From the NCBI RefSeq assembly GCF_006345805.1, contig NW_021824071.1, forward strand, positions 1-20,035: a stretch of 20,035 nt of DNA, read 5' to 3'. Position 1 is the first letter of the stretch. Each line of letters starts with the position of its first letter. This document shows, in pieces, positions 9,535 to 18,424 of this stretch. Both the position numbers and the translations under genes were made by a program. Under the pieces are notes generated by a model that was not told where the DNA came from, made no database searches, and saw nothing but the letters and a program-made list of their open reading frames with translations. The stretch comes from Octopus sinensis. Lineage: Eukaryota.

Positions 9535-9790
9535 TGCTAGAATTAGTAACCAAATTACTCACAAATCATAAGTTATCGCTTTCAGAAAGGAAGAACACAT
9601 TGCATGTATATATGAAAAAAAAAATTTTGCAACATTTTTGATCGTAGGTCTGTTGGGTCGGGGCTGATTCAGCATTACATGTCTACAATAACTTACTCAT
9701 GAACCAACATAGGAGGGTCTATGGTGCAATTTAATTTGCCAGAAATATCGGCCTAATCTCTCTCAAATCACATACTATTATATCAAGAGG
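9535..9790 (+). mobile_element. Family E internal fragments (two degenerate pieces)
   Basis: gctagaattagtaaccaaattactcacaaatcata and gccagaaatatcggcctaatctctctcaaatcacata; also ttttgatcgtaggtctg. Confidence 0.45.
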
Positions 9791-9930
9791 AATCATAAAA
9801 TTTTGTAAAGTCTATCCAAAGCTTGTACTAGTAATCTATCACTCTATACGGTATAGAATGTGATTCCATTTCGATAAATAACTTCGTCTGATTCTTTTTT
9901 TATACACTGTATAAGAATATAAGAATCCTA

Positions 9931-10665
9931 TTAATACTTAGTTACTCTTGTTTCATTCAGGGAGGAGGAGGATTCTTCTTCATAAAGTATTGGCTCTTCT
10001 TCATAGGATATGAGTTCTTTCTCGGCAGAGGCTCTTCTTTTTACTGTGTTAAATAGCCTTTCTTGCCTTTTCTATTGGGTCCATTTTGCACTTCTTTGAG
10101 AAACCTGCTTATCTCTATCTTCAAAAGTGGATAGTGGGCTACAATTTTGAGGGTTATTTCTTGATAGTTTATAACTAACTGTCTTTTTCTATTACGGGAG
10201 ACCCGTTGTCTTCGTCGATCGTGGTTGGGAAAGTGGATTTTTTTGGACTTGTGAGGCAATTTCCTTTGCTGACTCATGAGTTGTATTTAATGTCGACTTA
10301 AGGTTCACAACCTCCATGATTTGTTCTTGTTGGTTTTCCACTTTTAGTGTTTCTCAGCAGAAAGCTCTTAAATGGGTTTTGCTTCCACACGTGTTACAGC
10401 TAAGCCACTTACCTTGAATGCTGTATTTTAACGTCTTTCTCTCAACACTATCTACTGTACACAATTCTAGTATTGCTTTGTTGTCTTGCGAGTTCACGAA
10501 GGGTTGCATATTCACGGTGATCCTACTCGACCCATTTTGCGAGATGCTACATCTACATTAAACACCTGCCCATATTGTGCCATGGTGACTACTAACCAAG
10601 GGTCAATATTGTCACTTAGGTCTCTGATACCGGTGATCCTTGTAACTCTCTCTTGTAACCAAACC
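9931..10665 (-). pseudogene. Decayed gag/ORF1-like frame of a non-LTR retrotransposon with a CX2CX4HX4C zinc knuckle
   Basis: Hand translation: ...RVTRITGIRDLSDNIDPWLVVTMAQYGQVFNV..., a frameshift, then one frame 10509-9931 (193 codons, 4 internal stops) containing CNTCGSKTHLRAFC at 10357-10398 and ending ...EEESSSSLNETRVTKY*. Confidence 0.75.
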
Positions 10666-10674
10666 CCCCCAGCA

Positions 10675-11290
10675 AATAATAATTCTTTCTACTATTGACA
10701 CACGGTCTAAAAATATGAGGGAGGGTGTAAATCGATAGATCAATGCCAGTGCTCAACTGGTACTTATATTATCGATCTCAAAAGGACGAAAGACCTCAGC
10801 GGAATTTGAACTCAAAACGTAAAGACGAACTGACGCTAAGCATTTTGCCCGGCGCGTTAAGGATTCTGTCAGCACGCTGGCTTTCAGGAAATATTAATTC
10901 CTTCAATTATAGGCGCATAGCCCGAAATCTGGCGGCTATATCGACTCCAGTACTCAGTTAATACTTATTTTACCGACTCCAAAAAATTAAAGTCTACCTT
11001 TGCGAAATTTGAACTTAGAACGTAAAGACGGATGAAATGCTGCTAAGCATTTTATCCAGCGTGCCAACAGTCCTCAAATTTTGGCAAAAGGCGAGCACAT
11101 TTTTGGGGGAGAAGGTGAAGGTGATTACATTGGCCTCAGTATTTGGCTGGAACTTATTTTATCGACCCCTAAGGGATGAAAGGCGAAGTCGACCCCGACG
11201 GATTTTGAATTCAAAACGTAATGAGTCGGAAGATATGCCACTAAGCATTTTTTTCTGGCGCGGTAACGATTCCGTCAACTCGCCGCCTTC

Positions 11291-11336
<46 letters not shown>

Positions 11337-11560
11337 CAACAACAATCCTTTCTTTTAAGGTCACAAGGCCTGAAATTTTGGGGTAGGAGACTAGTCGATT
11401 GCATCGATCTCAGTGCATAACTGGTACTTATTTCATCGACCCCGAAAGGATGAAAGGAAAAGTCAACATTGGCGGAATTTGAACTCGGAATGTGAAGACA
11501 GACGAAATACTGCTAAGCATTTCGCCCGGCGTGCTAACGATTCTGCCAGCTCGCTGCCTT
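10675..11560 (-). mobile_element. Second head-to-tail array of four SINE B copies (about 10675-10883, 10895-11071, 11072-11289, 11346-11560)
   Basis: Same unit as 7678-8529. (AAT)n at 11291-11345 lies between the last two units. Confidence 0.9.
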
Positions 11561-11587
11561 AATAATAATAACAACAACAACAATATA

Positions 11588-11632
<45 letters not shown>

Positions 11633-11652
11633 TAAAGTAATATATAGTAATA

Positions 11653-11685
<33 letters not shown>

Positions 11686-11760
11686 TAATAACAACAAACA
11701 TTTCTAACATTTTAATAAATAATGACACCACCATCCACCACCACTACCACCCACTTCCAA
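11561..11760. repeat. (AAT)n microsatellite, then a short (CCA)n
   Basis: Direct reading of the sequence. Confidence 0.9.
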
Positions 11761-12127
11761 TTCGTCACCACCTGCTTCTCTCTTGTTACCCCCACCAGCA
11801 ATTCCCCTTGTTTTTACTTTCACTACACCATTGCTTTTTAGCAATGATTTAATAATTACCCACTCAAAATCTTTTTGTTTTTTCTGTATGTGTTTTTTAA
11901 TATTCTTAAAAATAATACTTCATTTTTCTGGTTTTCTTTTTTTTAAATGTTTTGCTTTGTGCGTTGTTTTTTTTTTTGGTTTGTTTTGTTTTTTACTATC
12001 ATTAAAAAAAGCCACGAAAATAATCAGTCAAATTCTCATTACCATTGTTATCTAAGCACCATTGATTAGACAATTATAATCGTGCTAGACAGCCGGCAAA
12101 CCAGCCAACCATCACATTAACAATCCA

Positions 12128-12210
12128 GGCAGGCAGGCAGGCAGGCAGGCAGGCCGGCCGGCAGTCATCCATCCATCCATCCAGCCAGCCAGCCAGCCAG
12201 CCAGCCAGCT
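12128..12210. repeat. Serial tetranucleotide tract (CAGG)n-(CATC)n-(CAGC)n
   Basis: Direct reading of the sequence. Confidence 0.9.
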
Positions 12211-12303
12211 TGCAAGTCAACCAGCCAACGGGCTTGCCAACCAGTCAAAGGTCTACGCAACAGTATTTTTCCTTGTTATTTCTCCTTGCTTGTGTTATTA
12301 TCG

Positions 12304-12521
12304 TTTACTGGTTGCAATCATTGGACTGCGGCCTTCCTGGGGCATTGCCTTGATGGGTTGTAGTCGAGCAAATCGACTGAATTACTTTCTATTTTTTTTG
12401 AAAAGATTGGTACTTCTTCTATCGATCTTTTTAGCCGAACTGCTAAGTTACGGGACGTAAACAAAGACCAGTTTTCAAGCGTGTTGCAGGGGTGAGGAAC
12501 AAACACGCACAAACACACACA

Positions 12522-12582
<61 letters not shown>
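12304..12582 (-). mobile_element. SINE A 3' domain ending in the internal (TG)n; head absent
   Basis: Reverse complement has gtttacgtcccgtaacttagcagttcggc, gtcgatttgctcgacta and ggccgcagtccaatgattgcaaccagtaaa. Confidence 0.75.
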
Positions 12583-12586
<4 letters not shown>

Positions 12587-12785
12587 CCTTTTTCTGTCTA
12601 TGATACGTCCCCTGTCGTTTTTATAGGGGCGGGGCGGTTTATAATGTTGGTGTTGATTTGATTGTTTTTCTTGTACTTATTGTAGCTGTTGTTGATAGTA
12701 TTTTTGTCCATGTTTAACACCGAGTAAAACGTGATCAAACAGACCTCCGATTATTCCAGTTGTGGTCAATCTGTCCTTTTTAGAG

Positions 12786-12835
12786 CAGTGGCTCTCAACC
12801 GGGGTCTACATGGCCCTTGGGGTTTGTATGATATT
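12786..12835 (+). mobile_element. hAT/Charlie-like terminal fragment
   Basis: cagtggctctcaaccggggtctacatggcccttgggg resembles Charlie-type ends (CAGTGGTTCTCAAC...), preceded by ttttagag. Confidence 0.5.
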
Positions 12836-12857
12836 TTGTTATTAAAATTTATATGCA

Positions 12858-13224
12858 AAGCTTGCTTCCCAACCACATGGTTCCGGGTTCAGTCTCACTG
12901 CGTGTCACCTTGGGTAGGTGTCTTTTACTATAACCTCGGGCCGACCAAAGCCTTGTAAGTGGATTTGGAAGACGGAAACTGAAAGAAGCTCGTCGTATAT
13001 ATATATACGTATATACGTGTGTGTGTGCGTGTGTGCGTGCGTATGTGTGTATGTGTGTGTTTATGTTTGTTCCCCCACCATCGCTTGACAATCGATGCTG
13101 GTGTGTTTATGTTCCCGTAACTTAGCGGTTCGGCAAAAATGATCGATAGAATAAGTACTAGGCTTACAAGGAAAAAGTCCTGGGGTGCTCCAGCATGGCC
13201 GCAGTCAAATGACTGAAAGAATAA
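12858..13224 (+). mobile_element. SINE family A, slightly 5'-truncated
   Basis: aagcttgcttcccaaccacatggttccgggttcagtc..., internal (TA)/(TG), and 3' gctccagcatggccgcagtcaaatgactgaaagaataaa. Confidence 0.9.
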
Positions 13225-13408
13225 ATTGGTCCTGCTTATGCAATGCATAAAATATTTCAACAATTTTCGTTATACAATTCCTAATATTGATTATAAAAAT
13301 ATAATATGATTCTTTTTAAAATCGAGTGGCTAGGCGGGTCCATCCAAGTGAAATGGCAATAGGTAAAAGTGGTTGAGAAAAATATTTCTAGAGGAAATGT
13401 TTTTTCCC

Positions 13409-13755
13409 TTTCTTGTTCGATGGCCATATCGTGGCACCGCCTTGAAAGCTTTAATCAACTCAGATTTATATCAATCCAAATATATATATTTATTTTTTTG
13501 TTTGTTAAAGTCATATTCTTGTCAGTTTTGCCGAATGGCTAAGTTACGTGAGCGTCAACCAACCAGTACCGGTTGCTAAGCTATAGAGAGGAGCAAACGC
13601 AAACACACACACACTAACATACGACAGTTTTTGCCAACCAAATTTACTCACAAGACATTGGTCGACTCGGGGCTATTGTAGAAGATGCCGAACTGTGGAA
13701 CTGAAGCCGAAACAACGCCGTTGTGAAACGAACGTAACCATTCAGCTATGCCTGT
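13409..13755 (-). mobile_element. SINE family A, strongly diverged
   Basis: Collinear remnants: tggccat...gcaccgcc, ttttgccgaatggctaagttacg, (CA)n, and accaaatttactcacaagacattggtcgactcggggctat. Confidence 0.65.
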
Positions 13756-13895
13756 ACTTGGATGTCTATGTTCTAAATAAATAGGAGATTTAAAGGTATC
13801 TTCTCTCGCTTTTTAACAGCATACGTTGTAATTTAAAAGAAGTTTGGTTTCTTTTCTAGCAGGTCAGATAACTACCCAAAGGTATCCTTGTTAAT

Positions 13896-14253
13896 ACACG
13901 AGTTCTCTTCACTCGTGAGATTTTCGCCCAAAATAACATGGTATCATTTCCGCACCCACCCTATTCGCCAGATTTAGCACATGCGGACTTCCATCTCTTC
14001 CCCAAGATGAAAATGCAGCTCAAAGGTCGTCGTTTTAACACCGCTATCAAGATCCAGAGCGAATCGCAGAAGGTCCTCAACTCGCTTACAGAAAATGACT
14101 TCCAGATCCGGTCCCAGAGTGGGAGGATTGCTGGGACCGGTGTAGTTCTGCACAAGTTGACTATTTCGAACGAGATGATATTAAAACTTAGGTAAATAAA
14201 TTATATTTTTATTAAGCATAATTTGTCCGGGAACTTTTTGATACCACCTCTTA
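13896..14253 (+). pseudogene. Mariner/Tc1 transposase C-terminal remnant with right TIR and TA
   Basis: HPPYSPDLAHADFHLFPKMKMQLKGRRF (ORF 13938-14195). TIR-like gtccgggaactttttgataccacctct at 14225-14251, followed by ta. Confidence 0.88.
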
Positions 14254-14399
14254 TTTGATAACAATACTGTAACAAATCGACAAAAACGCTGAAAATTGTA
14301 AAAATTTAGAAAGTAGAAACAAACAAAAACATTTGAAAATTAATGGTATGAATAAAAGAATGAAAATTCGAATTTTTTTGTTGCTGTGCTTTTAGTTTA

Positions 14400-14877
14400 T
14401 TTGGTGATGATGGTGGTGGTGAGGTTGTTGTTGTTGTAAGTGTTGGTGAGAAGAGGAAGAGAATGTAGAAGTGGTAATGATTGGTGGTAATGATGGCGGT
14501 GGAGAAGGTAGCTTTCGTAGTGCTGTAAAAGAAGTTGCGGTTAAGATGATAGTGGCATTGTTGATTAAAACTATTTTGGTAGTAAAAAAGCTAGATTCGG
14601 TAACTATCGTAGTGGTGGATGCTGTCGTTTAGTGGTAGTTACTGCTTCACGTAGTGTGACGGTTGGAAGTTTCAGTCGAAGCGTATTTGTTGCGCCCCTT
14701 GTAGCGGTGCCCCTGGTGTTTCACTGGAAGAAGTGATGATTGTGGTAACAGTGTCGCTTGTAGCGATAATGGTGGTGGTACTAGTACTGGTAAGACTGGT
14801 GATGTTGAAAAAATTAGAGTTTGTAGTAGTAGTATTGTTGATGTTGGTGTGAGAGAATTTGTTTTATAAGTACTATG

Positions 14878-14939
<62 letters not shown>

Positions 14940-14940
14940 G
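14400..14940. repeat. Degenerate GGT/GTT/GTA low-complexity tract, then (TA)n(TG)n
   Basis: Direct reading of the sequence. Confidence 0.75.
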
Positions 14941-15226
14941 TGGAGGCGCAATGGCCCAGTGGTTAGGGCAGCGGACTCGCGGTCGTAGGATCGCAGTTTC
15001 AATTCCCAGACCGGCCGTTTTGAATGTTTATTGAGCGAAAACACCTAAAGCTTCACGAGGCTCCGGCAGGGGGTGGTGGCGATCCCTGCCGTACTCTCTC
15101 GCCAAAACTTTCTCTCACTCTTTCTACTGTTAGCCTGCTCACTTAGCCCGGGGTGGCGTCATTTGAAGGCTAAAACAATGCGAAGCGCATTGTGACCAGC
15201 GATGTGTAGCAACATCTGATAGCCTG
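14941..15226 (+). mobile_element. SINE with family C head/body but a different 3' tail
   Basis: tggaggcgcaatggcccagtggttagg (A box), gtttcaattccc (B box-like), ttgagcgaaaacacctaaag and ggctccggcag match C. After ctctttc(t/c)t the sequence diverges from the C copy at 6867-7165. Confidence 0.85.
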
Positions 15227-15285
<59 letters not shown>

Positions 15286-15503
15286 TATATAAATAATATG
15301 TATGTGTGTGTATTTCTTCAATGTCTACAAATAACACGGATAAAAAAATAAACAGTTACCAGGGTAGCAAAATTCAAATAAGTGCCAAGGATGTTACAGC
15401 CTACTTATAAAGGTAGACATTCCAGGGTTTAGTGAAATGTTTTTGTATAACATAGATAAATTAAGAAATGGAGTTAAGCACAGGTGTTATTCAAATCTTT
15501 ATA

Positions 15504-15591
15504 CTTCCGACATATGTTTCGAAGAAAACATTGTTATTATTCCAGAAGGAATGAAATGAAGTAAAATAATGTAATCATCTCATCAGGGAAA
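15504..15591 (-). ncRNA. Type I hammerhead ribozyme motif (minimal palindromic stem III, long stem II)
   Basis: Minus strand UUUCC-CUGAUGA-G...C-GAAA-CAUAU-GUC-GGAAG: intact core, G10.1-C11.1 pair, GUC cleavage triplet and a 5 bp stem I (UUUCC/GGAAG, one G.U). Confidence 0.65.
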
Positions 15592-15774
15592 AAAGAGAAA
15601 CAAAACACATCAATAAGCTATTTTAACCGAATGTGATTACCGCGTATATGATGAAGGGAATGCTGGCAAGATATTAAAAAAAACACGTTAATAGCTTACC
15701 AGCGTTCCTTTCATCATATACGCGGTAATCACATTCGGTTGAAATGGCTTATTGATGTGTTTTGTTTCCCTTTA

Positions 15775-15868
15775 TTTCCTGATGAGATGATTACATTTTT
15801 TTACATCATTTTTTTTTACATTCCCTCAGGAATAATACCAATGTTTTTTTCGAAACATATGTCAGAAG
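15775..15868 (+). ncRNA. Second hammerhead motif (mirror copy) with weakened stem I
   Basis: CTGATGA at 15779-15785, GAAA at 15852-15855, catat, GTC at 15861-15863. The first stem I pair is a C-A mismatch (agaag instead of ggaag). Confidence 0.55.
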
Positions 15869-15909
15869 TATAAAGATTTGAATAACACCTGCGTTTAACT
15901 CCATTTCTT

Positions 15910-16290
15910 AGGAGTGGCTGTGTGGTAAGTAATTTGCTTACCAGCCACATGGTTCCGGGTTCAGTCCCACTGCGTGGCACCTTGGGCAAGTGTCTTCTAC
16001 TATAGCTTCGGGCCTACCAAAGCCTTGTGAGTGGATTTGGTATCCGGAAACTGAAAGAAGCCCGTAGTATATATGTATATGTATATATATGTGTGTAAGT
16101 GTTTAGGTGTCGCTTGACAACCGATCCTGGTGTGTTTACGTCCCCGTAACTTAGCGGTTCTGCAAAAGAGACAGTTAGAATAAGTACTTGGCCTACAAAG
16201 AATAAGTCCTGGGGTCGATTTGCTCGACTAAAGGCGGTGCGACAGCATGGCCGCAGTCAAATGATTGAAACAAGTAAAAGAGTAAAGAGT
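15910..16290 (+). mobile_element. SINE family A, full length
   Basis: Near-identical to 3774-4236; tail gtaaaagagtaaagagt. Confidence 0.92.
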
Positions 16291-16291
16291 G

Positions 16292-16365
<74 letters not shown>

Positions 16366-16625
16366 GAGAGAGAGAGAGAAGAGAGATAACTACGTGTGAC
16401 GTGTGAAAGAAGTAGGACCTTAGTAGCGAGGGAAAAAGATGATATTGAATTGCTGCCCAGAAACTCAGTCCACATATAAGCGTTCCATACCTGTGTCATT
16501 TAATATCTATACATATATGTGCGTGTGTATATGTATATATATATATATATATAAACACACACACACACATACACACATACAAACACATACACACATATAT
16601 GTATGAATATGTGTATGTGTGTCTA
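16291..16625. repeat. (TA)n, (GA)n and (TA)/(CA) microsatellites with a short unique spacer
   Basis: Direct reading of the sequence. Confidence 0.85.
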
Positions 16626-16635
16626 TTCTTAAATA

Positions 16636-16702
16636 GGCATAGGTGTGGCTGACTGTATACTGGAGAAGCTTGTTTCCTAACTACATAGCCCTGGGCTTAG
16701 TC
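16636..16702 (+). mobile_element. Degenerate SINE A head fragment
   Basis: ggcataggtgtggctg...agaagcttgtttcctaactacatagccctgggcttagtc parallels the A head. Confidence 0.55.
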
Positions 16703-16770
16703 CAGTGATTCCCAAGCTGGGGTTCGGCGACCCCTGGTGGTCCGCAAAGGTAGTACTGGGAGTCCGTGAC
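16703..16770 (+). mobile_element. hAT/Charlie-like terminal fragment
   Basis: cagtgattcccaagctggggttcggcgacccctggtggtccgc resembles Charlie-type ends (CAGTGGTTCCCAAACTGGGG...GACCCC). Confidence 0.6.
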
Positions 16771-16803
16771 CTAATTTCAAAACGTTCTTCTGGTATTCTT
16801 TAA

Positions 16804-17080
16804 TTTTTTTACTAGAGCACCACCCTTTAGTTGAAGAAATCGACCCCTGGACTTATTCCCTGTAAGCCTGGTGCTTATACTATCAGTCTCTTCTGCCGAA
16901 CAGCTAAGTTACTGGGAGTCAAACACACCAGCATCGGCTGTCAAGCAATGGTAGTGGGGGTCAAACACACACAAACGCACACACGCACACATATTTATGG
17001 CGGGCTTCTTTCAGTTTCCGTCTTTCAGAGGTATAAACACACCAACGCCGGTTATCAAGCGGTGATATGGTGGACACACA
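16804..17080 (-). mobile_element. SINE A internal/3' portion plus a second partial 3'-domain copy
   Basis: gaaatcgacccctggacttattc, gccgaacagctaagttac, aaacacaccagcatcggctgtcaagc and ggcgggcttctttcagtttccgtc; then aaacacaccaacgccggttatcaagcg repeats the same segment. Confidence 0.75.
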
Positions 17081-17542
17081 TCCATACATACATACATACA
17101 TACATCTGCAGACACATACATACTACATACATACATACATACACATACATACATACATGCAGACATACATACATTACATACATACATACATACATACATA
17201 CATCCATACATACCTACATCAGACATACATACATACATATACATACATACATAACACATACCATACATACATGCAGACATACATACATACATACATACAT
17301 ACAACATACATACATACATGCAGACATAACATCCTATACATACATACATACACCGTATGTTTTTTGTAGAGCGCGGCCCACCTGATGCTCCAGCATGACT
17401 GCAGGCAAATGACTGAGCAAATAAAAGATAAACAACTATATATATATATATCTATAAACATTTTATCTATCTATAAAGATATATATATATATATATTATA
17501 TATATATATATAAATGATATATATATATATCGATATATATAT

Positions 17543-17577
<35 letters not shown>

Positions 17578-17828
17578 CAGTTTATCTATTTATAAATAGA
17601 CAGACATACGCATACACTACATTTGTTTATATTAACACATATATACACTTTATACGTAGTCTGACCTCGTATATGTGTCACGTATATATAAATGTTATAT
17701 TATGTACAGGCACACACACATATGTGTATATATAATATATTACATATATATATACACAAACACACACACACACACACACATAGATATATATATATATGTA
17801 TATATATATACATATATATATATATATG

Positions 17829-17909
<81 letters not shown>

Positions 17910-17925
17910 CGTCCATTCTTCTATC
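17080..17925. repeat. (CATA)n and long (TA)n/(CA)n microsatellites; SINE A 3' fragment (+) at about 17386-17431
   Basis: Direct reading; tgctccagcatgactgcaggcaaatgactgagcaaataaaagataa. Confidence 0.85.
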
Positions 17926-18139
17926 CTTATGATACTAATAAGTGGTACTGTTGATTGCTACAGCTTACTGGTAGTATCTTGGAAAGTAGGGGATTGAAAA
18001 ACGAACATCTCACAGCCCAAGGGGGAATTTGATTTTCTGTCAGTGAAACATACCATCTAGACCGGAAATCATAGCTAGATCACAAATATATATATCACAA
18101 TTCCTGTATGCCAGGTGCAATAGATTTTTGTAAAAACAG

Positions 18140-18336
18140 TTCTCACTGACATACAGACACATATAGACACACGCACATACACATATACGCGCACAGAAAA
18201 ACATATACATAAATACACATACATGTGCGTATCTGTATATATATCTAGATACATTCTATACACACACAGATATACACGTACATACACACATATATACATA
18301 TATACTTACTATATATATGCATATATAGAAATATAT

Positions 18337-18376
<40 letters not shown>

Positions 18377-18420
18377 TAATATATGTATTATATATTATAT
18401 ATATGTATATATTTTATTAT
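18140..18420. repeat. (CA)/(TA) degenerate microsatellite
   Basis: Direct reading of the sequence. Confidence 0.9.
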
Positions 18421-18424
18421 TTTA

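Larger units (their letters stand above)
15462..15910. repeat. Long foldback palindrome, ~210 bp arms, 10 nt central loop (15678-15687)
   Basis: taagaaatggagttaa... mirrors ...ttaactccatttctta. 15625-15655 is the perfect reverse complement of 15710-15740 (31 nt). Confidence 0.95.

Noticed and set aside
10041-10277. 78 aa basic ORF from the track
   Set aside because: An alternative frame overlapping the ORF1-like remnant; the motif-bearing frame is a different one.
10407-10416. Perfect minus-strand donor AAG|GTAAGT
   Set aside because: Lies inside the ORF1-like frame just before the zinc knuckle (QGKW); better explained as retroelement coding sequence.
12619-12645. GGGGCGGGGCGG GC box flanked by TATA-like motifs
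   Set aside because: Short motifs with no downstream gene or other promoter evidence.
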